DNA of 64,000 nt, from positions 17,424,001 through 17,488,000 of the forward strand of contig NC_087252.1 of NCBI RefSeq assembly GCF_037042905.1, written 5' to 3'. Shown here in pieces: positions 13,701-23,230 of the stretch. Origin of the DNA: Lytechinus pictus (Eukaryota). The notes under the pieces are model-generated. The model searched no databases and was not told the DNA's origin. It was given only the letters and a program-made list of their open reading frames with translations. Both the position numbers and the translations under genes were made by a program. The stretch's first letter is position 1; every line of letters begins with the position of its first letter.

Positions 13701-16700
13701 CATTATCATTATCAAGTCAATAAGTTTAATGGGGAATTAGTCAACCTAACCTCTCTTTGAAGATGCATGCACATACAAAACATGAATTGCTTTCTACCTG
13801 TTGCGTGAATTAATAAACCAAAGACCATCCAAAGCAATTTGGTGGATTTGCAATATGGTGCACCATCTATCGGTTGCAGCGGACAGGCCAAAATTTGCAA
13901 TGCCTCATGGGAAAGAGCCGACAATGGTTGGTGCTATGCATTCATGCGATTATGCTGTGCTGGCCGACGCACCTCGATCCGCTTGCATACATGCTAGGGA
14001 CCAGGAGGTGGGAAAGAAATTTGCCATATATTTCTTTGCTAACTGTTGACCGTTTCCTGGGAATTCTTCTGCCGCTTTTGCCAAATCCTTTTAATTTTGA
14101 AGCATCACAGTCACATTACTGTACACTAGCAATGTGCGCTGCATGCGCGCGATGTCTACCCCAAAGTTAGAAATTTGCCTGCTCGCTGCAACCGATAGAT
14201 GGTGCACTGTATTGTGAATCTACCGTATTGCCTGACCTCAATGCTTTTCTAATTGGCCATGGAGATTTTTTTTGTGCCTTTTAAAAAATATCCACCCCCC
14301 CCCCTTTGTGCCCTAAGGAAAGTGGCCCCCACCCTTAGAATATTGAAATGAAATGATAAATGCCAGTCGTTTTAATGATTTCAAAATAATTTTACACAGA
14401 ATCCAAAATGACTACTCACTGTCTCTTTGCATAAAAAAATATGAGCCAAAATAAAATTTGGTGCAAATTACATTCATTATTAAGCATTGGATTCAAGTCA
14501 AATGTCATGAATTTTTGCGAGCAATAATACCACTGTCCAACTCTGCTAATTCATCATTGCAATCTTTAGTGTGATAGTTTTTCAGCTTAGATTTCATGAT
14601 TTCACAAATGACACAAAGTCCAATTTATGGAACTGTAACAGATGTACATTCATCATTCATGACAATAAAGTGGCAATTAATCTTGGATTTACAGTCTCTT
14701 TAATAGTGAAATTGATGTTCCCTACAAACTTTTTGTTTCAATTATCTTTAAGGCCTGCCGTAGTCTTACTTTGTTTCTTTGCTGCGTTTCTCTGCAAATC
14801 CCATGACTTGATCAAAGCGTGTAGCGAAGAGATTGAGTGACGTCATGATGCCTCCATTGGGTCCTAGACCGTACTGCTTCATAACCTCCTTGTACTTGAC
14901 GGTGTCACGGATATCTGGGCGGAAAACAAGCATTGCTTCACTAAGTCTAGACTAAAGCATTTATTTGATGTTAAAAAAGAAGGAAACTAGAAATTTGACG
15001 TGTCCAAAGGGCACGTCAATGCGATCAATGCAATCAGAAATTCATTCAATGTGACTAAACTTAATATCGTGCAGAAACCAATACAATTTAGACCTTTGAA
15101 CCAACTCGTATATTTAATGAGCTGTGACTTTTGACCTGCGGACTCCGAATTCGAACTTAGACTGTATTTTGGTGTCATCTACCTACCCACCCAAAATGTT
15201 AAATTTTGTTAAATATTTTTTGAGTTATTGCATGGAAACCAACTCGCATATTTAATGAGTTGTGACCTTTGACCTGCGGACTCTGAATTCGAACTAAGCC
15301 TGTATTTTGGTGTCATCTACCTACACACTAAAACTTTTAGATTCCATTAAATATTTTTCGAGTTATTGCGTGGAAACCAAGTGGGGGGACAGACGGACGG
15401 ACGGAAGGACAGGGGCAACGCTTAATGCCCCCTCCAGACTTTGTCTGCAGGGGCATAAAAAAGAAAGAGAAGAAGAAGAAGAAAGGAATAGAAGAGGAAA
15501 AATAGATTACATAGAATGATTCAAATATTGAATTCTATTGCCAAGCTAAAAACACTCTGTGTGTTCCCCATCTGTCCTCCTATTTGTAATTTATTGTTTT
15601 GTCTGTTTTACAACAATTTGGATATGTTTTGAAGTATTATTGACAAAGACTTAAAGACAAAGTTGGATTCAAAAGCTTATGTGTGTTTGTGAGATGAACA
15701 CATAACATAGAACATGTTTTTTCACACCAGAGGGAAGAAAATATTTGAAACAATGACTGACTTAAAGGACAAGTCCACCCCAACAAAAAGTTCATTTGAA
15801 TGAGAAGAGAAAAATTCAACAAGCATAACACTGAAAATTTCATCAAAATCTGATGTAAAATAAGAATTTTAAGAAAGTTATGACATTTCAAAGTTTCGCT
15901 GAATTTCACAAAACAGTTATATGCACATCCTGGCTGGTATGCAAATGAGGAGACTATGACGTCATCCACTCACTATTTCTTTTGTATTTTATTATATGAA
16001 ATATGAAATATTCTAATTTTCTCCTAATTGTCAAGTGATAGAACGATTAATTCCTCCCTTAACACGTGGAATTAGAATTGTTTAATACTACATGTATATG
16101 GTTCAGTCAAGTTGGTCCTATTGTCAAATCTGTAAAAAATGAAATATTGTATAATTCAAACAATAACAAACAAAAGAAATAGTGAGTGATGGACATCATC
16201 GACTGACTCACCTACATGTAGTTGTGCATATCACTGTTTTGTGAAAAATAAGCGAAAATTCAAAATGTCATAACTTTCTTATTTTACATCCGATTTTGAT
16301 TATGATGATAGTTTGACTTTATTCTATTTATTCAAATCAGCATTTTCCTGGGGTGGACTTGACATTTAATTATTTTTTCATGTCCACCAGTAACACGCCT
16401 TAGCTCATTCATTAAGCTTCTCACTCTCCACTTGGATGTCTATTCTCATCCCCCCCTAAAAAAACAAACTTTACAAGCCTCACTTCTTGCGTTTACAATG
16501 GAGACAAAGAGAAAAGCATTTCACGACAGAATAAATATTCTTACCAATATTAGTAGGGTATCCTACTTCATGAACAGCCGGGTCTAGGTTGATGATGTAT
16601 GGTGGCTCTTTATTTGCATACAAATGAGCAGTCAGGCGCTATGTCAGAAATAAAGTGATAAACAGTAAACGTATGATTAAAATTGAAAATAATGTCATCA

Positions 16701-19700
16701 GAAGATATATAAACACTTTCAGTTTCACTTTTAAATATAAAGGTTCAACTTTCAAATTCGATTATAAAAAAATAAGAACGATTTTGCGTCATTGTTGTCA
16801 ATTTTTTTTTATTTTTTAGAACACATCGTTCACTTATGGGGAAAATAATGTTGGCCGGCAATATGGCTCTTGAAAGTCAGAATTTCATGTAAGGACATGC
16901 TCCCAAATAACCACGAACATCAGGCTAACCATGAAAAATCCACCTTTTTTTAACCCTTATTTCTGAGCTGTTATGTTCAGAAATAGCGAATCTGACATTT
17001 TGGATGCGAGGGGTGGTTAATGTTAGGTGAGAGAATTTTACCTTTTGTTTCAGATTTATTTTTATTTCATATCTTTATTCCTCCCTTTTCTTGCTTTCAT
17101 AATTTATTTCTTTCTCTCCTTCCTTCTTTCTTTCTTTCTTTCTTTCTTTCACAATCCTTCAATTTTTCTTTCTTCTTTCTTCCCACCCCTTCCCCCTGGC
17201 TTGGTCACATCGCTCTGCTTTCTCACCAAGACTCTGAAAAAAAATGTTTGATTTTAAAGAAAACTCACTTTTCATGCCTGCATTTAAGTATTACATGTAC
17301 ATAAATAAGTGATAATGAATAAATCATGGGTGTCTGAAACTCTGAATGTCTGCAATGATCTACATGTATATACTGTAGACTATTATGTTGACTTTGCTTG
17401 AAATTTTAGTTAAAATCGTGGAACAGAAATACAACCTTTAAAAAAGAACCCCCATGGGCTCCAAATAGCCACCACAAAATACATTAATGGTGGCTAGTTT
17501 TCAGGGGGATCTAAAGACTAAACATAGCCCTCATAAAAAGAAAAGTAAAACTTTTGGATGGCCACGATGACTGGAAACGAAAAAAGCTTCGTCCGTTACT
17601 CCCCCAAACTTGGTTATGAGAACGAATATTCGTCAGATTTAACACTTAATTATCCCAGCCCAGGATCATAAAACCACACCTCAGAGATCATTAACTTACT
17701 CATTTCAAATTTTTCTTGCTTAAAGTTAAACGAGCATTATTATCTGTTTGAAAAAGTTTATTGTTTTCTTTGCTCAAAAAGGGGACAAACAGCGATACGA
17801 AGATCGCGTTTGATGTAATGCCGATGGATATTCAATACTATACAATAAGCAAATGCCAAATCACCACACGTTGGTGACGTCGCGCCTCTTTTTGATGAAA
17901 AATACATTGACTCTAATACTAGGAGTACCAGTACAAAAGTGAATGGGGAAAAGGGGTGTCAGAAAATGGAAATACCCACTCCAGTCTGCCACTCAAGCTG
18001 TTGAGTTGCATATACATGTGCGTGTATGTAAAGGCACGATTCTATGAACAAGGTTATGATATAACCTTGTTCTCTGTTTCTACTCCCTGTGCGGTGAAAT
18101 AAGGTTGGCAATGTTTGGCTTATTTTCTTTTTCTTTGGGACAAATGCTTGATTTTTTACACTGTCAGTTTCCATTACAGCTATTCATCATATAACTTGGC
18201 TCTTAGGAAAATTTGATTCTTTAAAGTATGTTTTCTTAATTAAAAATAGAGATTGAAAAATTACAATTGTCTTGCCATATTACTTTCCACAAAAATATGC
18301 CCAAAATAAAAGTTTTTGAACGCTCTGAATACAAAAATTACTCCAAAGTTAATAATGAAAAATAAATTGCAACTGTATGCAAATTAGTATTTTTGATCAC
18401 AACAGTGATATTTAAATGATTTTTTAAATTGTTTGCTGTGTGTAGCATTGGCATACCATAGTCCATGTAGATTTCCCACAGGCAGGATGGTAATTACCTT
18501 GAGCGAAGTTTGTGCAGGCTCCACTGCACTTCACTACCGCTACACTATGCTCCACCTACCCGAACGTCGAGACCGTGAACTTGATCTGATATTCGGAGTG
18601 ACAAAGGTGGGATTTTATGGGGGGAAAATATAAAATTCATGCAACATCACAATCTTTAAAAAAAAATTAAAACTAATATTCTTACTTTACACAAAGTTTC
18701 GCTTTTTTTCCATGCTTCTATCAGTCTCAAAATTGGTGATTTAGAGCCAACATGAAGTTCCTCACACATATAAATAATTCGCTGCCGATTTCAAAACATC
18801 GCATGCGTAAGTGTCCGAGCTCATATCGGACCCGGTACCTCCCGCTTATCGCATCCGCATGCGATGTTTTGAAATCGGCAGCGAATTATTTTATATGTGT
18901 GAGGAACTTCATATTGGTTCTAAATCACCAATTTTGAGACTGATAGAAGCATGGAAAAGTGAAACTTTGTGTAAAGTAAGAATATTAGTTTTAATTGTTT
19001 TTAAAGATCGTGATGTTGCATGAATTTTATATTTCCCCCCCCCCATAAAATCCCACCTTTGTCACTCGGAATATCAGATTGAGTTCACGGTCTCGAAGTT
19101 CGGGTAGGTGGAGCATAGTGTAGCGGTAGTGAAGTGGAGTGGAGCCTGCACGAACTTCGCTCCAGGTAGATGGTAATGAACCCTTGGCCTTGACTGAGTG
19201 ATGTAATCGTAAACACTTGTTCACTGCAACCATCCTGCCTGTGGTGAATCTACAGGGAGGACTTTGGTATGCCAATGCTGTACATAGCACACACTTTAAA
19301 ATCATTAAAATATCACTTTTGTGACCAAAATTACTAATTTCCATACAGTTGCAACTTATTTTTATTGGTAACATGGGAATAATTTTTGTATTCACCAGAG
19401 CGCTCAAAAACTTGAATTTTGGGCATATTTTTGTGTACACCCTCTATTGGTGGAAAATAATATGGCAAGAAAATTTTTATTTTTCAATCTCTATTTTTAA
19501 TTAAGAAAAAATAATTTAAACTAAGAATCAAATTTACATAAGACCCAAGTTATACACAGTGACAAATTGTGTACAACGGATAGCTGAGCGTGAACGTAGC
19601 AGACGTGTTCATTTTTGCTTATTAAATGACGTCATCCAGCCACTGCCGAGATCCAATTTATGAAAATGAAAATATAGTAATAGTAATTAGTATAAAGCAT

Positions 19701-22700
19701 GCGCAGTGCAAGCCTTCCATTTCCCCAGAAAGTATTCCACGAAAACAAGTCTGCAATTCTCTATCACCTCGTACCAAAATCGACCTAGAATTTCACTGTC
19801 CTATATTATATATGAATTATGAAAGGTATTCTCGGAGGATCTATTTTCTCACCGATACCGCACAGGTAAGCAAATTTCGATTACTTATTGCTTTTCCGTC
19901 AGAATCTTACGAATTAGCGTCGATATGGCATCGTGTTCGTCGGAATTTGTAGAGTCTATCGCAACGTGCACAAAGTCAATTGGCTTCCCGGTTTCAGAGC
20001 GTCGCGTGAATATGCATGAAATTGCAGAGTTTCGATAATCTGATCGATACCGGAGCGATCCGATCACGAACCAAGACCATTCCCCGCGTACACAACGTGA
20101 CCGGATATCGTTATCGCTATCGATACTTCCGCACGCAGTCCGAAGGAATTATTTTGGCGACCACGTGGTCATGACGTGATCTGCGCGATTGACCAATCAG
20201 CGGTCTCCGAATCGCTGTGCGGAGATGATCTATTCGTTGTACACAGTCTATGGATAATTGTTCCTCGTGTAATACGTAGGGCTGGGACTAAAACCCGGGT
20301 ACCCGGATCCCGCCCGGAAGCTTCGGGTACCCGGGTAGAAAAATCAATACCCGATACCCGAAAATTGCTCACCAGTATAACGTACATGTATTTGATTTGT
20401 ATTGCGTAGTGTAAGACATGATTGTAACTCATCACAAAAGTACACAAGTCTCATTTTGAATCTCACCAATAACCCTCGAAATATCCATAAATATACAAGT
20501 TTTTCAAGTGATGATGATGTGACAGATCGTTCAATCGTCGCCATGTTTCTATTGCAGCGCAGTGACGTCATCCAGTCACTGCGACGCAAGCAAATTTATG
20601 AATGAAAATATAGTAAGCATGCGCATTGCAAGCCTCCCGTGCCCCACGCAATATTCCATCGAAAGAAGTCTGCAATACTCTGTCACCTCGTACCAAAATC
20701 GACCTAGAATTCCACTTTCCTATATTTTATATGAATTATGAAAGGTATTCTCAGAGGATCTGTTTTCTCACTGATACCACACGGGTAAGCAAAATCTCAG
20801 TTTGTGTGCTCACCAAATGCACATGATGCTGCCAATACACGACAATAGTCGAGTGCAATATTCATCGACTGTCTCATCATCACTTTGAACTGCTTGTCGA
20901 AATGCATGTCTCTCGAATACCACATTCTTCCAGGGCTCAAAATATTTGGTCAGAGCCTTCAGCGTTGTCTCATACTTAGGCTCATCCTCATCTACCAGTG
21001 TCTCATACAACTCTTGAACATCTGGTCCAGCACAATGTAGTAGAAGAGCCCTCTTCTGACCATCTGCTGAGACTCCTGATGCTGCAAGGTAGTACTCAAA
21101 TGTCCGCCTCCATTTTGGCCAGGCAATCCCTGCTCTAGCCGAACGAACATCAAAGGGTGCTGGCTGTGAAAGGTCCACGCGTCGAGCCACATCCTCTGCC
21201 TTTTCAGGTTTTTTTTATCCTCGTCGCCAATTTTGTGTATGCGTATTCTGACTCTAATACACACTTGAACTCATACTCGGTCTCGATTTCTACTCATGTT
21301 CTAGGCATGTCTGCTTGTCTGCTTCACCCACGATACGGACGCTTGCATCGCGTAACGTTGGAGAAGAACAATAGAAAACAAGATGGCGGCGTAAACATCG
21401 GGCAAGTCTCTTCCGTCTATTCATGATATTTTCCTCATTTTTTTTGATGAATTCTTGTCTAGAAATAAAATCCATAGCGTAGAGATGTCGGAAATGAAGT
21501 TGTTAGTTGTATCCCAAGTACATGATTTAGGGCTAGATCTTTTAGAAAGAAAGTAGAAATCTCGGGGGCGAAAGTTTCAGGTTTTTTGGTGGTACACACA
21601 AAAGTATAGGAAGGAAGACCTGGCTTCGTATGAGAGTAACCTTACGTTAGTAAATGATTTTTACTCTCTAGAAGCCTCCTGGCTACGACCCCCCCACTCA
21701 CACGTATTGCGAGGTTAGTATTAGTATTACTAACCTCGCACCACGTCCACGAACCGCGTTTGGCAGTGGATTTCTAACTAGTGGGTAGCGCGTGCTGGGA
21801 TCTCACTTCTTGGGTCCACAACACACGACTTCTATGGCTTGAATTTTCTGTGCGCGGCGGCATGTAATGAACCCTTGGGTAGCCAGGCGGCTTCTAGAGA
21901 GTAAAAATCATTTACTAACGTAAGGTCACTCTCATGAAGCCAGGCCTTCTATCCCATAGACCCACACAATGGAAGCCAAAACCTGAAACTTTCACCCCCG
22001 AGATTTCTACTTTCTTTCTAAAAGATCTAGCCCTAAATCATGTACATGGGATAAAACTTCATTTCCGACATTTCTACGCTCTCGTTGTTATTTTTGAACA
22101 AGAATTTATCAAAACAATGAGAGAAATATTGTGTAAAGACGGAAGAGACTTGCCCGATGTTTACGCCGCCATCTTGTTTTCTATAGTATTGTTCTTCCCC
22201 AACGTTACCCGATGCACGCGTCTGTAACGTTGGCGAAGAACAATAGGAAACAAGATGGCGGCGTAAACATCGGGCAAGTCTCTTCCGTCTTTACACAATA
22301 TTTCTCTCATTTTTTTGATGAATTCTTGTTCAAAAATAACAACGAGAGCGTAGAAATGTCGGAAATGAAGTTTTATCCCTACATGATTTAGGGCTAGATC
22401 TTTTAGAAAGAAAGTAGAAATTTCGGGGGCGAAAGTTTCAGGTTTTTTGGTGGTACACGCAAAAGTATATGACGGAAGCCCTGGCTTCGTATGAGAGTGA
22501 CCTTACGTTAGTAAATGATTTTTACTCTCTAGAAGCCGCCTGGCTACCCTTGGCCTGGGTGCGACCCCCCATCCTACAGTACAATTCAATTGTATACTCA
22601 ACACAATAATCAATATGTGGGGCATGGGCTAAGCATGGACGCATTTTTTTTTTATTTACCTGAACGAAAGTCGTTTTACCAGAGCCTGCCATCCCTAATA

Positions 22701-22827
22701 CGATTAAACATGGTGGTTTGGTGTCAGTGTTGTGCAATCCCCCAGCAGAAGCACCTCCATTCTCACCGTCTTCGCTGCTAACTCTGTCACTCTCACGAGG
22801 TTCAGAAATACCCATGGGCGTCGCCAT
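1588..22827 (-). CDS. GPN1: GPN-loop GTPase 1 (XAB1/RPAP4/Npa3 family), 11 coding exons, 1200 nt, 399 aa
   Basis: Manually spliced join of 22660-22827, 16545-16638, 14770-14914, 13196-13274, 12253-12347, 10675-10867, 7792-7874, 6071-6110, 2745-2847, 2440-2526, 1588-1700. All introns GT-AG with matching phases. Motifs: G1 [21 protein letters not shown] (GPN loop), [26 protein letters not shown], acidic C-terminal tail. Confidence 0.97.
2440..2526 (-). CDS. GPN1: GPN1 exon 10 (acidic tail, [28 protein letters not shown])
   Basis: Polypyrimidine tract plus CAG acceptor, GTAAG donor; 87 nt. Confidence 0.87.
2745..2847 (-). CDS. GPN1: GPN1 exon 9 ([34 protein letters not shown])
   Basis: TAG acceptor, GTAATA donor; 103 nt; phase-consistent helical tail segment. 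Confidence 0.85.
3731..4041. mobile_element. MITE, PIF/Harbinger-like
   Basis: Imperfect TIRs GGCCAGTGTTCTGAAGTCGGGTTTAACTTAAAC / GTTTAAGTTAAACCAGACTTCGGAATATGGGCC; 3-bp TSD ATT. Confidence 0.8.
4119..5773. mobile_element. Non-autonomous DNA transposon with TA TSD (Tc1/mariner-pogo-like); probably carries a nested TTAA-ended fragment ending ~5199
   Basis: Perfect TIR GGGGAGACCGGGGTTAGTTGGAACA / TGTTCCAACTAACCCCGGTCTCCCC flanked by TA; several subterminal GGGGTAAGTTGGAAC copies in both orientations. Confidence 0.85.
6071..6110 (-). CDS. GPN1: GPN1 exon 8 ([13 protein letters not shown])
   Basis: 40 nt; CAG acceptor, GTATAA donor; fits the GPN1 EYxPxYER segment and keeps phase. Confidence 0.92.
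6668..6935 (-). mobile_element. tRNA-derived SINE with L2-type 3' tail
   Basis: Pol III B box GGTTCGAATCC (reverse complement at 6876-6886); (ATT)n tail preceded by AGCGCCTTGAGCAC...GCGCTATACAAAT. Confidence 0.85.
7124..7487 (-). mobile_element. 5'-truncated L2-clade LINE (ORF2 C-terminus and 3' UTR)
   Basis: Translates to [46 protein letters not shown] stop (TAA 7259-7261), the typical L2 ORF2 end; (ATT)n tail. Confidence 0.9.
7491..7651. mobile_element. Small MITE, Harbinger-like
   Basis: TIR GGGAGCATTTCAT / ATGAAACGCCCCC; 3-bp TSD CTG. Confidence 0.7.
7792..7874 (-). CDS. GPN1: GPN1 exon 7 ([28 protein letters not shown])
   Basis: G5 SAVTG; CAG acceptor, GTAAG donor; 83 nt. Confidence 0.96.
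8176..8612. repeat. Tandem duplication with ~225-bp period
   Basis: 8176-8400 and 8401-8612 both start AAAGAATATGTTCAAATTTACGTTTA and share CTTTGGCAAAAGGAAGCAAGTGACACA and TATGTTGCACGTTCAGGCAAAATTT. Confidence 0.9.
9310..9712. mobile_element. Non-autonomous hAT-like element with 5-bp TSD
   Basis: Ends CAGGGTTCCCAGC / GCTGGGAATTCCG; many subterminal TTCCCTGA repeats; ATTCT on both flanks. Confidence 0.75.
9983..10269. mobile_element. Truncated palindromic MITE
   Basis: Harbinger-like start GGCCCAAATTCACAAAG; internal inverted repeat 10128-10269 (GCCAAATTGACGCCTGTT...AACAGGCGTCAATTTGGC); right terminus missing. Confidence 0.65.
10675..10867 (-). CDS. GPN1: GPN1 exon 6 ([17 protein letters not shown]...[14 protein letters not shown])
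   Basis: G4 NKID; CAG acceptor, GTATGT donor; 193 nt. Confidence 0.97.
11268..11565 (+). mobile_element. Diverged SINE copy related to 6668-6935
   Basis: Body TTTGGCAAGGC...ATCCACTCTTTGCCACTCTCCACCTTGGTG resembles the reverse complement of the other SINE; tail AAGCACTATACAAAT...TATTATT. Confidence 0.65.
11668..11823. mobile_element. MITE, Harbinger-like
   Basis: TIR GTGGGTGTTTCATAAAGCTGTTC / GAACAGCTTTATGAAACACCCAC; TSD CTG. Confidence 0.88.
12032..12191. mobile_element. Second MITE with the same TIR family but a diverged interior
   Basis: GTGGGTGTTTCATAAAGCT ... AGCTTTATGAAACACCCAC; a further TIR-like stub follows at ~12195-12215. Confidence 0.8.
12253..12347 (-). CDS. GPN1: GPN1 exon 5 ([31 protein letters not shown])
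   Basis: Conserved [13 protein letters not shown] acceptor, GTAAG donor; 95 nt. Confidence 0.97.
13196..13274 (-). CDS. GPN1: GPN1 exon 4 ([26 protein letters not shown])
   Basis: G3 motif DTPGQ; TAG acceptor, GTAAAT donor; 79 nt. Confidence 0.97.
13834..14231. mobile_element. MITE-like element with ~60-bp inverted termini
   Basis: GTGCACCATCTATCGGTTGCAGCG and its reverse complement CGCTGCAACCGATAGATGGTGCAC, with extended imperfect pairing; no clear TSD. Confidence 0.75.
14770..14914 (-). CDS. GPN1: GPN1 exon 3 ([37 protein letters not shown]...)
   Basis: GPN loop; CAG acceptor, GTAAG donor; 145 nt. Confidence 0.97.
14984..15462 (-). mobile_element. Helentron-associated non-autonomous element (HINE/DINE-1-like)
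   Basis: On the minus strand: T-run start, 5' hairpin, (GTCC)n microsatellite, two ~135-bp tandem core repeats, 3' stem-loop (14995-15019), CTAG end in a T-run; no TSD. Confidence 0.8.
15766..16365. mobile_element. Non-autonomous Kolobok-like element
   Basis: TTAA on both flanks; termini AGGACAAGTCCACCCCA / TGGGGTGGACTTGACAT; long imperfect inverted arms. Related fragments near 2930-3130, 38200-38330 and 51550-51650. Confidence 0.85.
16545..16638 (-). CDS. GPN1: GPN1 exon 2 ([31 protein letters not shown])
   Basis: AG acceptor at 16639-16640, GTAAG donor; 94 nt; NLDPA motif. Confidence 0.96.
18177..19586. mobile_element. Outer foldback element (arms ~18177-18490 and ~19228-19586) hosting a nested element
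   Basis: TATAACTTGG..CTT..GAAAATTTGATTC..TTTTCTTAATTAAAAATAGAGATTGAAAAAT occurs in inverted orientation at both ends; termini CAGCTA / TAGCTG. Confidence 0.8.
18495..19168. mobile_element. Inner foldback DNA transposon, ~310-bp TIRs, 9-bp TSD (MULE- or AcademH-like, non-autonomous)
   Basis: Near-perfect arms 18495-18807 and 18856-19168 around a ~48-bp spacer; GATGGTAAT at 18486-18494 and 19169-19177. Confidence 0.9.
19627..20795. repeat. Two diverged ~240-bp direct repeats (19627-19875 and 20563-20795)
   Basis: Both start TGACGTCATCCAG and share TCACCTCGTACCAAAATCGACCTAGAATT and TATATGAATTATGAAAGGTATTCTC. A lone hAT-like end (TAGGGCTGGG plus TACCCG repeats, 20277-20360) lies between them. 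Confidence 0.85.
20840..21330 (-). mobile_element. 5' fragment of a Ty3/Gypsy LTR retrotransposon (LTR remnant, PBS, gag N-terminus)
   Basis: ORF 21190-20810 has [41 protein letters not shown], typical of Gypsy gag. PBS TGGCGACGAGGA at 21229-21218 follows an ...ACA LTR end. Truncated near 20840; no pol; LTR outer boundary uncertain. Confidence 0.9.
21339..21686. mobile_element. Half copy (spacer plus one arm) of the foldback element at 21879-22547
   Basis: GTAACGTTGG..CAAGATGGCGGCGTAAACATCGGGCAAG...CTCTCTAGAAGCCTCCTGGCTAC, highly similar to 22224-22547. Confidence 0.88.
21879..22547. mobile_element. Foldback DNA element, ~325-bp TIRs, 6-bp TSD, superfamily unclear
   Basis: Termini GTAGCCAGGCGGCTTCTAGAGAG / CTCTCTAGAAGCCGCCTGGCTAC; ~15-bp spacer 22209-22223; CCTTGG at 21873-21878 and 22548-22553. 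Confidence 0.9.
22660..22827 (-). CDS. GPN1: GPN1 coding exon 1 (MATPMG...[13 protein letters not shown])
   Basis: ATG in AAAATGGCG context; P-loop; donor CAG/GTAAAT at 22659; 168 nt, phase 0. Confidence 0.95.
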
Positions 22828-22875
22828 TTTGGCTTATCAAGATAATGCGCATACGCGGCTGCTGCTGATCATGAT

Positions 22876-22979
22876 TGGGGTTGGTTAAGTTGGTTACGTT
22901 GGTTGGTTCGTTGGTTGGTGGTTCGGTTGGTTGTTGGTTGGTATATTGGTTGGTTGGTTAATTGGTTGGTTGGTTGGTT
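22876..22979. repeat. Imperfect (GGTT)n microsatellite just upstream of the GPN1 ATG
   Basis: Direct reading. Confidence 0.95.
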
Positions 22980-23230
22980 AGAACAGTTTGTATTCTTAGA
23001 TGGTGTTAAGTCTTATATATGCAGTCAATTACATGTGTCAGAGTGCAAGGTTCACCTTATTTCTCATATGATTTCCTTCATGACGCATACATGTAGGCCT
23101 ATACATGTATTTCTTCTGAAAAGAACCCCTGCAATTTATTGTTGCACTAGCTGACTGTCAATACAGAATTGATTTCTGTTAACGAATGGATCATTGCTAA
23201 CATAATGAAGCTTGAACGTATACGTGCCAC

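Noticed and set aside
21686..22570. CGACCCCCC direct repeat as the TSD of a further element
   Set aside because: Low complexity, and no terminal inverted repeats just inside the two copies
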